NCBI GenBank assembly: GCA_000934665.2
Contig: KZ538175.1
Span: 1-64,000 of the forward strand
Source of the DNA: Catajapyx aquilonaris
Lineage: Eukaryota
DNA length: 64,000 bases
Direction: 5' to 3'
In this document: positions 1 to 11,073 of the stretch, piece by piece
How the letters are laid out: each line of letters opens with the position of its first letter
How positions within the stretch are numbered: position 1 is the first letter of the stretch
Notes under the pieces: generated by a model
Seen by the model: only the letters and a program-made list of their open reading frames with translations
The model's database searches: none
What the model was told of the DNA's origin: nothing
Program-made: the position numbers and the translations under genes

Positions 1-1019
1 GGGGGAGTGGGGGATGGTGGTGTGGAATCGAAAAAAGTGGGGGGAATCAAGGTAGAAGGGATTTGGAGCTGGCAGAGCGGCTCCCGGCAAATGCGCGTGG
101 ACAAAATTCGGATGTTACTGTCGCTCATATCTCGGAAACGGCTGGACGTTGCGAGCTAACACTTTCACCACTGTGTCTATCGCACATGAATGACCCCTCA
201 CGCCAGTTTCAACCAAATCGGAGGTTCCCAACCTTGACTGTTCCCTTGTGAGTTGAACCAGAGTTGAACAGTAATTGTAATGAATTTTGGATTGTCTGGT
301 GTTATTTGAATGTTCTGATTTTTTTCTGTAGCCCTTGTCATTGTTGGATGTAATTTGTTTTTGTATGTAAATGAGGTTTTCAAAGAGGGAGGGTATTGTA
401 ACGGTTTGACCCTGGCCACTATTGGTGGGGGCACCAGTCCTTTCCCTCCCAGCGGTTTTAGGTTGTAAAAGCCTAAAAGCCAGTCTGTACTCAGTTTGGG
501 ACCAGGAAGGTCCAATAAATACCAGTGCTCAAGGAACCCACCTAGTTTTCTTGGTATGAGCTAGCTAGGGGCGGACCCGGGGCGAACCCTGGGTCGTCAC
601 AATATGTCAAATAACTCTTATAGACCTATAGGCCCAGAGAACATGTCTGCCAAGTGGCACCTTCTTATCACAAAGTGCAGAGTTAAAGGGCTTGGGGTCT
701 GGACTAATCTGCTATCAGAAAATATTATCCCACACATGGCTACAATAACAGATAATGCAGGGAACAGGAAATTAAAATATCGCAAGTATAGGCACACCTT
801 TCACTCTTTTCAATAAACCACTAACTATATTTTGCTGATTATGGTATACTATACAGCGAGTATACAGCATACCATTATAAAACGTTAACTGAAAATATTA
901 ACGATACTGGTTTGCCCTATTTTAGTGCTTTCACTAAAATATAAAATTAAGGTACTTCATCTGCATCCATTATGACTCCTGTCCCCCGAATGACTCTATT
1001 ATCTATACTGATCTTTCTG

Positions 1020-1025
1020 TTTATT
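1020..1025 (-). promoter_or_regulatory. Candidate polyadenylation signal of the Fer-like gene
   Basis: Minus-strand AATAAA about 260 nt after the stop codon. Confidence 0.45.
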
Positions 1026-1039
1026 ATGTATCCAGAGCT

Positions 1040-1089
1040 TGTCCCCCAAAAAGGGTTATGCCCTTGCAAGGGGTTACATAATAAACTAA

Positions 1090-1120
<31 letters not shown>
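1040..1120 (+). mobile_element. Orphan retroposon 3' tail: stem-loop plus (TAAA)n
   Basis: gcaaggggttac followed by (aaat)n resembles the tail of the SINE near 29300-29410. Confidence 0.5.
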
Positions 1121-1286
1121 AAATCTGCATACATTACAATAAGCAATTATAGGGTTTGAAGGCAAATAATAGAAATAATATAAATGTAATGGTACTTTAT
1201 GGTAGACCGTGCCAGTATCAAGGAATAATTGTGGAATTGTGACATGATTGTGTAATGTACAAGATATCCCCGAGGGTAGAACACAT

Positions 1287-1447
1287 TCAAGTGCAATTCT
1301 CATAGATCTGATGATCCAAATTAATTGTGGACACACACTCATATATATCGCTGAAACTGGGTCTCTCAACAGGAACATGTGCCCAACATTTATGCATTAA
1401 GTTGTGCATGGCTTCTGGCGTTCCATCTGGTGCAGGCAACCGATATC
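1287..1447 (-). CDS. Fer: Fer-like terminal exon: kinase subdomain XI and tail
   Basis: [53 protein letters not shown]. Confidence 0.92.
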
Positions 1448-1532
1448 CTGGAACGAAACCACCCTTCATTTTTATTTAATTATTGTCCACAGGCGCGGAG
1501 CGCAATGCGAAGGCATTACACACACTTTCGCA

Positions 1533-1590
<58 letters not shown>

Positions 1591-4500
1591 TATTAGGGAA
1601 ACCTCTTTTAAATGCCCCGCTTCATTAATCACTGTGTTGCTGATTCTTTTTGATTGTGTGAGGAAACGGTAGAACCGTGAAACAAGATTGGCAATTCAAG
1701 TGAGCGTGATTAGAGTAGACTTTTTCTCATGGCGGCCGAGGTCGTGCATCGCAAACATCTTCAACGCCAGGAATTAATTGCACAGCCCCTGCGCCAGAGC
1801 GCCAGGTAAAAGCGTAAAACCCTGGCTTCCGCGAAACACACGGTCAGGAATCCATGGAAACTTACACTAAGGGCCAGTTGCACCGGCCTCAGTAGTGAGG
1901 GCCGCTTTCTCGAACAATGGTTCAAATGTAAACCGGGTTCAAAGCCAGTTTAATCCCTGATTTGATTGTTGTTAGGCTGCATGTTGTCAAGGGTTTAAAC
2001 CGGCTTTGAACCGGGTTTACATTTGAACCACTGTTCGAGAAAACGGCCCTGAGATGATCCATCAAAACTCTTTCACTTGAAAAATTATTGTATGACCCAC
2101 AGACCCAGGGTATCGAACTCGAGACCTGAGAATATTGGCACCACCTCACCACTACATTGGGAATATGGATCACACAGCATCGGAATGTTTTTAACGAGAC
2201 GCAGATAATAAGCCGTCCGTCACTGGAATTATGAACCTAAACAAGAGTCAAGTGTAGAAGTGATAACTATAGGGGCATCAACAGGTGACGACGTATACTG
2301 TACAGACATTCTAAGGATGCGTTTTGGGGCGTGGCGAGTCCCCCCCCCCCCCCCCCCCCCCCCCNGGTTGGGTTGTCGACCTTGAGACTTCACAAATTTC
2401 CCGAGTCTTCCCAAAAAATTTAGCCATGGAAAAGGGGGGAGGGAACTCGCTCGTCCCTACCCCAAAACGCCACTCAAAAAACCAATGTGGCTCTAAAAAT
2501 CGGGCAAAAAATCCTGAATCCGACGGTGGAATTCGTTTTTCGTTACGCGGAACGGTAATCCCAGGGCGAGGTGTCAAAGTGTGTCGTCTGCTAATGAGCG
2601 GCGCCGCCACGCGGGGAACAGGGGAACTGGAGGGCTGCACCGCTCTGGGCTGGGCCTAAGCACAGAAATCGTAGTATCGTTATATATACAGGGTGATCCA
2701 ACTCTGTGGCACCAGTAGTTATTTGAAAAATCGCGCAAGCTGCTTGTTTATAAGCAGGTCGTTGCTAAGAAATGCTTTCTGGCTCTTTCTGGAGAATCGG
2801 GAATAGCACCTGCTGATATTAGGTCCAATGCCCATGTAACAATATTAATGAGGGAAAAAAGGGTCATCCGCGGGAAACAGGCTGTTCTGGTGTTCGCTGG
2901 AGGGTTTCACATGAAGTCACTAGCTGCCAAACCAGAGGGCTAATCCGCCGGAACTGGACAGACCCGGGTGTGTCAATAAATAGGCCTTCTGGTCTGTTCA
3001 TTGTTGGCCACAGTTGGCACAACTGAGACAGGTCAACAGACAGAGTTGTTTAGTTACCAGTAAATAAATAGCTCTTGTAGAGTCAGGACATGCCTTATAC
3101 TCAGGAGGCCTGTTCGAGGGCCGCCCAAGGGCTTCTAGGGTTCTAACAGTACAGTCTGCATTGGGCATTCTCTCATTAATTGGTACATGCATGGGCATTG
3201 AACCTAATATCAGCAGGTGCTAAGACTGGTAACTAAACAACGCTGCCTGTTGACCTATCTCAGTTGCGCCAACTGCGGCCAACAATGAACAGACCAGAAG
3301 GCCTATTTATTGACACAACCGGGTCTGTCCAGTTCCGACGGATTAGCCCTCTGGTTTGGGAGCTAGTGACCTCATGTGAAACCCTCCAGCGAACACCAGA
3401 ACAGGCCTGTTTCCCACGGATGTCCCTTTTTTCCCTCATTAATTTTGTTACATGGGCATTAGACCTAATATCAGCAGGTGCTATTCCCGATTCTCCAGAA
3501 AGAGCCAGAAAGCATCTCTTAGCAACGACCTGCTTATAAACAAGCAGCATGCGCGATTTTTCAAGTAACCACTGGTGCCATAAAGTTGGATCACCCTGTA
3601 TAATACTCGTATCTCTATCTCTGTGGGGCCTAAGCGCGCGGGCAGGCGGGAGCAGCCCGCCAGTTCCCAAGGTCCCGAGGGCGTCGCTGGCGGACGGCCA
3701 GCTCCTAGCTATTTGAATTTACCCACTTTGACCCCTCGCCCTTGGAGCGGAAGCGTAGCGGAAAACGGATTGCATCTTCGGATTCGGGATTTTTTGCCCG
3801 ATTTTTAGAGACAAACTTGTTTTTTGAGTGGAGTGTCCCTTTAATAAGAATGTGTACAGTATAGGTGACGATATTCCATTCCCGTAGACTATAGACATGC
3901 TGTTTAATCAAAGATTGTAATACACCATTTGCTGGTATACCCCTGAGACACGACTTCACACTTCTATTGCTTCAGCGGCTCATTGCTACATCTAATTAAA
4001 TCACAATTTAATTGTTGGTAACACCTTCATTTCAAAGGCATGGTCGCGTGAGGGGACGCAACCTATCAGCATATTTTGAACCTTGTATATATTTATGGTC
4101 CACTATCCAGGTAATGAGGCTATACAAATACCAAGTGATACCCTTACACAGTATGGTCATCTGGTGTCCAAGAGTTCATCTTAAAGGTTTGTCTGAATCA
4201 TTATAAAACACCTTGTATACTACTGTATATCTACAAAAGTAAACCAAATAGTTTAGGTTACATGCCTTCCCGTACTCTCCTTTGTACTTCATTATTTCTC
4301 CAGGCAGAGCCGTATGGTAATTCCCCATATGAAAATACTTCCCAAGCCAATATTCCATAGCTCCACACATCACTCATAGAAGTATGTTCACCTGCAGAAG
4401 GAAAATAAAGGCCAATCTATTATATCAGTAGACAACTTATTTGCATTTATGTAAATAAAAGTGACACTACACCATTGTAAGCTTCTGGAGCAGTCCATCT

Positions 4501-7114
4501 GACAGGTATCTTCAGGTTTTCTGGAACACTGTTCCCTGTTAGTGACATCCCAAAGTCAGATATCTTGACTACTCCATCCTGGGCTGAGAAGATGGGAGCA
4601 CTAACACATCATGAGCATAATGCATGAACAAAAGTTTTGCATCCTATTCTTACCAACAAGGCAATTTCTGGCAGCCAAATCACGGTGAATGCAATATTTA
4701 GACTCCAAGTAACTCATTCCCGCAGCAACATCGAGGCATATTCCTATTAGTTGCTTCGTTGATAATGATGGATCATTTTCCTGCAGAGTATCTAACAGGG
4801 AACCACCTAAAAATTATTAGGATATAGTGTAGAGTCATTCACTGAAACTCATAAAAAATGTTAAGAGATTACCGGACACCAACTCCATCACTATCATCAT
4901 GGGCTGCCTGTCAACACATATTCCAATAAATTTGACAATGTTTGGGTGATCGTAATCCCTTAGAATGCAACCTTCTTTAAGGAGATTTGTCTGGGCTTCT
5001 TTTTCATCTGCGATATCCATCCTGCAAGTCTTGACAGCCACCTGCACACCAGATTCCTTCAACGTACCACGGAACACATTGCCGTAATTTCCCTAATTTT
5101 ATGATAAGTAAATTGAATGAACATATAATGAGGAATATGCGGAACGCAGTTTTCTTAAGAGTCTTATCTTATTACTTCTCCAAGGAGGTCGCCCAATTGG
5201 ATGTCATCGTGAATCAATTCCCATCGCTCCTTAGACACAGGGTTTAGTAAAAGAGCACCTGATCGCTCAGTCACCGGAAGGCCATTGTCACACAGGTACA
5301 TAATTAATTGCTTGATGGTGGAAAATGTAGGCCCTTCAAATCGGAAATTCCCCTGAAAATAATAAATGAAGAAATAATCTGTGACAATGAATAGGTCTGT
5401 AAAGAGTTCTTACTTCTGGAGTAGTCTGAAAAAGAAAATGTTTAGGACCGTCCCAGAAGACAGAGAGAACATATTCACTCATGCCAGTGCGTGTGGTTTC
5501 GCGAACCAGAAAGTCTCCGTTACTTCGTAAAAGTCGGTTGATTTCTCCCCTGGGAAGTACACCATGAAACCACACTTCTTCTGACAAGTTGCACAGAGGA
5601 ACTTGTGGAAACTAAAAATGCAGTAATTAATAAATTAGAACAGCATGCAGCATACAGTGTTACAGCATACACACTGTACACTATTGTGCTAGATGAGCCA
5701 GAGCAGATTGTGACACGCATCACATTGGACAAATCAGGAATATTATTTTACAGCATTGGCTATGTTTTTACAACAGCAGGATTTTTGTACCACAGATATG
5801 TATCAAGCTTAATATATTTGGGTATAAAAACGCGGTTTTCCTAGCCTCCTCTATATTGAATTGTTGACTCTAAACTTGAGAAGTATTTGACCTTACTTGT
5901 AAGGTGGGTTTATTAATGATCTCATTAAAGATCTCGCGTAAAAAAATTCCTTGTGTAGTCTCATAGGCTATCTTGATTTTTAAACACACGTAAATAAGTT
6001 TTTATCATGACAATAGTCAATCGTTCTCTGCAGTTCACGTACTGCATGAGTTAGAGAAAACGCTCAGCATAATACCCCAGACGCTTGGAGAACTGACATA
6101 ATTACTGTATTATCCTTTCCATGGCATAAAGTCATTCTGGCGCCAGAGCGTCCTTACCATAGGATTGAATAATTCCTCTTCATGGCTTGCATTTTTATCT
6201 GGAAGTTCATTACTTTTCTTTTTTGAGGAAGAGGTAAATTTTTTCCCAACGTAACGCTGTACTCTCTTGAACATTCCCCCATGTGCACTCTGCAAAGAAG
6301 GGTAATATCATACTGTAGTTTTTAAAACTAATTTTATAATTAAGATGAGCATCCTTTGAACGTGCTTCCCTAGGGAGTTGGGTGATTGGTTGATTGATTG
6401 GGGGGAGCCAGGCAACTAGCTATCTGACATAGGGGATGGTGACAGGGGAAGAGATATTTACCGTGGGAAGAAACGGGAGAACCCCGAGAAAAATCCCCAC
6501 GAACTCAGAGAAAGCCTCTCAGTCGAAACTTTTCACACGAGAAAATGTCTTATGTCTAGCACGGGGATCGAACAGTCTATAGCACTATAGTATATTGGGC
6601 ACATAATTAATACAGCTAATAGAATATACAAAAGCTGGATTTTTTTGGCCTGATCCAGACATGTTGGGACAAAAAAAAAATGCAATCTCAAGGAGTAGTG
6701 AGGAAATTCTCTCTGATATTCTGGTAAAATAATGAGGCACATTGCCCATTTTTTATTAACAACTATAACATTTATCAAACTAAAACTGTAAAATACTGAC
6801 AACTTTTGTACTCCTTTCTGCTAATTTTGTCAGCTGACCAGCAGAATAGGCTGCACTCACAAAGACGAACTCATTTTGCTGTACTGTAGCCCTATACTGT
6901 ATAGGCCTACTAGCCAAAAATACCATGACGTGGAAGGTTGGTCCAATATGCAGCATGTAACGTTGTGCTATACGGTATCATGCGATTACACTCACAGGAG
7001 AGCCTGTTGATAGGTCTCAATGCTCTTGCAATATTAGCACTGCCTTCAATCAGAGTAGCCCTTTGGCAAAGTATAAATGAACAGAAAGTACACTAACTCT
7101 CTTCATCTTACCAT
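1287..7114 (-). CDS. Fer: Short Fes/Fer-like non-receptor tyrosine kinase (SH2 + kinase, no F-BAR), ~426 aa
   Basis: Exons 7112-7114 (ATG, tentative), 6158-6289, 5414-5611, 5176-5352, 4873-5092, 4654-4806, 4473-4583, 4266-4391 and 1287-1447 join in frame. SH2 motifs WFHGVLPR and GDFLVRET; kinase motifs [39 protein letters not shown] and SDVWSYGI. Confidence 0.9.
1533..2160 (-). mobile_element. Degenerate tRNA-derived SINE with (ATT)n tail, interrupted by MITE insertion(s)
   Basis: B-box-like gagttcgatacc on the minus strand near 2110-2121; body resembles 21520-21600; (AAT)n run at 1533-1590. Confidence 0.45.
1899..2049. mobile_element. PIF/Harbinger (Tourist-like) MITE
   Basis: ~60-bp terminal inverted repeats GGGCCG...CGGCCC flanked by a 3-bp TSD TGA (1896-1898 and 2050-2052). 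Confidence 0.8.
2470..3830. mobile_element. Older palindromic element hosting the 2689-3598 insertion
   Basis: 2470-2582 is a diverged inverted copy of 3722-3830; weaker symmetry continues inward (gggaactggagggctgc / gcagcccgccagttccc). Confidence 0.65.
2689..3598. mobile_element. Non-autonomous Tc1/mariner-type foldback element with ~370-bp TIRs
   Basis: TA|CAGGGTGATCCAACT...AGTTGGATCACCCTG|TA; arms 2689-3061 and 3225-3598 are highly similar inverted copies. Confidence 0.9.
4266..4391 (-). CDS. Fer: Fer-like exon: kinase subdomain IX, ending at a GC donor
   Basis: [27 protein letters not shown]...RVRE; donor AAG|GCATGT. Confidence 0.88.
4473..4583 (-). CDS. Fer: Fer-like exon: activation segment
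   Basis: [33 protein letters not shown]. Confidence 0.92.
4654..4806 (-). CDS. Fer: Fer-like exon: catalytic loop
   Basis: GGSLLDTL...[26 protein letters not shown]. Confidence 0.94.
4873..5092 (-). CDS. Fer: Fer-like exon: kinase N-lobe
   Basis: GNYGNVFRG...VAVKTCR...[33 protein letters not shown]. Confidence 0.94.
5176..5352 (-). CDS. Fer: Fer-like exon: SH2 C-part and kinase start
   Basis: [20 protein letters not shown]...[34 protein letters not shown]. Confidence 0.92.
5414..5611 (-). CDS. Fer: Fer-like exon: SH2 N-part
   Basis: [32 protein letters not shown]...[13 protein letters not shown]. Confidence 0.92.
6158..6289 (-). CDS. Fer-like exon: basic unique N-terminus
   Basis: cttctttgcag|[18 protein letters not shown]...FNPM|GTAAGG; phase 0 matches the SH2 exon. 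Confidence 0.65.
6340..6600 (-). mobile_element. Degenerate tRNA-derived SINE
   Basis: Minus-strand B box gttcgatcccc and central tttttctcggggttctcccgtttcttcc motif; boundaries approximate. Confidence 0.5.
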
Positions 7115-7690
7115 TTCTCTTCTTGTCAGTCTCTATGTGCTGCCTTGTGAGGAAAATAGTCCAGAATACAAGGAAGTGACACTGTCTGTATCAGAAGTAC
7201 AAGCATCACCAATCAGATAATTATAATACCACTTTTCCTCAAGGCCCATATCAAAGAGATAATGATTTCCATTGCAAAGAACATGACTGATAATTGCCTT
7301 AGTTCCCCGAAGTCTCTTTATCTCCCTCTCCCTCTCCCTCCCCCTTGCACAACACATACACACATACACTCGCGCCAGTCTCGCGCGTAATGTGGAAGCA
7401 TTTAATTACATAACTAGCAAAGTATCTTCTATCGTAAATTAACAGGGAAAAATCATCCCACATTTTTTTCATTGCCCGAAATTCCTGCATGATACCATAG
7501 CCCGTTTTATCAAGGGGTCAGTTATTATGCTCAGTTATGGTATAGGCTATTGTAAGGGAGATCGGGGTCGGTTGTAACACTTTTTAGTCTGGATTTTTTA
7601 AATTCAGTTACCTATGCATTTAGGCAAAGGTTTTTCACACAGTGGAAATAAGGAAACATTCTTCTTTGTAAAATTTACATAATGAAATCT

Positions 7691-7965
7691 AAAACTAAAG
7701 CAGTGGTGGCGGAGGGGATATGGTATCCGACTGCTAATCGGGGACCGGCAACCCTAACCGTGGTTTTCTGTGGTTTCCCACGGTCCCTCCAGGTAAATGC
7801 CGGGGTTGTTTCCTAAAATAATAGGCCACAGCCGCTTCCTTCCGTCCCTATCCTATCCCCAAAAGCGAAGTAAAAATGCAAAGAAAGAGTTCCAGTCAAA
7901 ACAAAGACTCCCCCCTAAAGAGCCGCCGGCTGATAACGGGGTATGATATTATTATATAATATAAT
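7691..7965 (+). mobile_element. tRNA-derived SINE inserted in a pogo-like remnant that starts near 7555
   Basis: TSD ataatgaaatct at 7679-7690 and 7966-7977; A-box-like head; body ccaggtaaatgccggg...taggccacagccgcttccttcc; AT-rich tail. Confidence 0.75.
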
Positions 7966-8665
7966 ATAATGAAATCTCAAGAAAAAAATGGATCGATTTA
8001 TAAATATTTTCCAAGAAAAGGCAGAGTTTTACAACTGACCCCATTATAGGGGCGGTTGTATCAGAGGGCGGCGGCAGGGCAAGAACAATAAAATTTACAC
8101 CTACTCATCTTCTCGACAATATTGTCTTATAGCCTACTTGATCCACCTAGATCACTATTTATATCTCGATAAACTGGAATTTATTCAGCATGTCGATTCT
8201 CCCAATTGAAATTTTGAAATTTGCGACACTAGTGCTGTGTTGACCAGCGTTAACTTGGCCCCACCACAATATTGACCTCGCTGCATCTCGAGAACGGTTG
8301 CAACACAAATCCCCACCTTCGGGCACAAATCAGGACAAAGAAGCACAAATGGGTGGGGTACACTTACCTAAGTTTTTGCTGTCCCCATCCAGTTTGATCT
8401 ATGTGGAGATTTAGCTTGGGAACATGTGACCTCACTCTGATATGAATTATATTCTAATAGCATATTGGCAAGTTAATTAAACATGGTTTTTCAACTTGCT
8501 ATTGATATGGACCCATAAGGAGATCAACCTCAAGATACATATAACAACTGTATCATTCTCCACTAATATTAAATGATTATGTTTCACTCTCACAAGAACA
8601 AAATTGATTTTGCCGGACGCCTTTTGTTTAATAAAAACCAAGTCTCATTTACAAGAAACATCTCA

Positions 8666-10974
8666 TTTATTTTTGATGGTACATTGATAATTTGATTCAT
8701 TTGTGTTGAGGGCCTGGCCCCAAGTTGGTATGCATTTGTCTCCTTGACAAGACAGTAAAAAAAGAGTTTAAACCATGGAATAAAATGTTTGTAAAACTAA
8801 ACAGTACCTACTAGATTTGTATGTAGAGAAGAGCTACAAGGCGTTGTAAAAAATATACAGCAGTTTTTTTTTCTTACTCTAAGGGTGGCACTATATTACG
8901 GTATGGAATCGTGTTGAAATGTGAGTAATTGCAATGGCTCCAAGCAAAACACATTGGTTCATTCGATCCAACTGTCACTTGTGTGCAAGTGATTCCATAA
9001 TCCCAAGTACAATGACTCAGAAAGTACATGAGCAAAACAAGTGTAAATAAATCCATAGCCACTGACAAACTTGCAATGATTATACTGTATATTGAGCTTG
9101 CATTGGACTGTTTCAAATACACTGGAAACCAATATTGTCCTCATTGTAGTCAGAGTAAGACCTGATGTCCCATACCATGCAGTTTATAAATTTCATTTCC
9201 CTTGTCTGTGATTGATTTGAAATTAAATAAACCCTACATTTGAGAGTATTCATTTGCAGGGATCTCATACTGTATAAAAGAATATGCCAGAGTAACACAA
9301 TAACTTTTACGTTAATGTTAATGCATTATGAAACAATGGTACACTAAAATAATTACATCAGTATTAAATTTGAAATCAGTATTGTGACATACCATTTATG
9401 AATTATGAATCTGCCAAGAGAAAGAAAATGGGAAAAAACCACAACACTGAAAAAAAAATCTAATTAACAAGCTTGATGACTGAAAAAAATAGTGTGATTC
9501 AATATGATCCAGTAGTTCCTAAATCTCAAGAGAAATAGTCGTTTGGGATTCAGCCTCAACTGCAACATATTTTAAAAATGGACGCAATACCCTGAGCATG
9601 AACATGAATAAATCATGAAAGCCATAGGAGTATGCCTGACATTTCACAATTTATTTGAGTCCATGAGTGTATAGTTCCACCCAAATTCAAGAAGATAAAT
9701 AGCCGGATAATTTTATAGTGCAAGCAACTTGCTCACTTTTCAATGGCATTGTAGAAATCATCTTCATTCCTAGCAATCAAATTTATGGCACACTACACTA
9801 GTAGCATTGTTTTATAGCATTAGTTGCCAGTGGTCCACGTTTGGAAGTAGAACCATTTTACAGTCGAGGACATTTTTCTTCCAATATGGTACCAGGACAC
9901 ACTTCCAAATTAACACCAGGGCCCTAAATCTCATGCTGGCATATAATAACGCCACTGCCTCACGTTTAAAAGTGTGCACTATTTGGGCACAAAAAAAATG
10001 ACTTGAAGTTATTGTGTCATGAGTTGGTCCCATGCAGAAATATTGCTCAGGGTCATCACTCTAAACACAATAATAGCTTTTATGCAAAATGTGGATATGA
10101 AAATCGATACAAAATATTAAATGTAGAAAATGGGACATCTCATGATGTCCATGACCAGTATGATATTAACAGTGTGAATTTCTTTACAAAATCATTGCTT
10201 GTCTTCAGAAGATATTATATGTAAAAAAAATTGACTTAAAAAGAGACTAATTCAGAAAATCAGTGACAATACACTGTATTTCAGCCCTTCCTACAATACC
10301 AGCATGTAAAACAGACAGAAAATTGCCACATACTTGACTACACAAACTATACCATGCACTTTAGAGTGCATGTCTTGTTGCTAGAAATATGCACATTGTG
10401 ATGTTGAAGGTATGAAGGAACACATAAATAGCATGTAAATTGGCGAATGCATTTTCTGATTCTGCACGCATCTTCCAAGCCACATTCCACTGATGACAAA
10501 ATGAGGGTTAAAATAGTGTCGGCTCTAAAATGTCTCCTCCTCACTCCAGCTGTACAGCTATGAAAAGTTGTAAATCTCACCTCTACTCTAGCAATTGTTG
10601 TTAAATAGAAAAAGAAATATGCCCTGAGGCTTGCAATTCTCAGTCATCCACATTAATCACACACACCACACATGCACACACTGTAAAATCTCAGGTCGAG
10701 CTGCTCGAGCAGTTGCTGTTGATTCCAGTTCTGTGATAAATCAAACGTCACAACGACTCTACAGCATGTGGCAGCAAAGTCGAGGACATTGGCAACTAGT
10801 TACCTGCAACCCTTAATGGCACGTAGAACGACACTGTAGTCTCAGATCGGCTCACAGTCACAATGTCACAAATCAGACTCTTTTCTGATATTTGGCGTTG
10901 GCATCCCTCTCCACACCTTGCCCTTCCAGAAACATGCCTAATAACATGGGAACCTCCATGAAGCCATCTTCTTC
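8666..10974 (-). other. Probable long 3' UTR of fra
   Basis: U-rich non-coding sequence on the minus strand after the stop. Minus-strand AATAAA occurs at 9650-9655 and 8666-8671; the true end is unknown. Confidence 0.5.
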
Positions 10975-11073
10975 TCAACATTCAAATTCAGAAGCTGTGA
11001 TTGCATTCAAATCTTTCATCAGGCCTTCCAAATTTGCCATCTCCTGATTCAATTCCTCAGTGCTGTAGGAATG
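10975..11073 (-). CDS. fra: fra terminal exon: P3 motif and stop
   Basis: [32 protein letters not shown]. Confidence 0.95.
   Translation of the reverse strand, partial: HSYSTEELNQEMANLEGLMKDLNAITASEFEC

Noticed and set aside
198..515. 105-aa ORF downstream of the kinase gene
   Set aside because: Non-ATG start, no recognisable homology, and flanked by repeat-like fragments.
2340..2365. Poly-C/G tracts as functional G-quadruplex elements
   Set aside because: The longest tracts abut N gaps, so their lengths are unreliable and probably reflect sequencing dropout.
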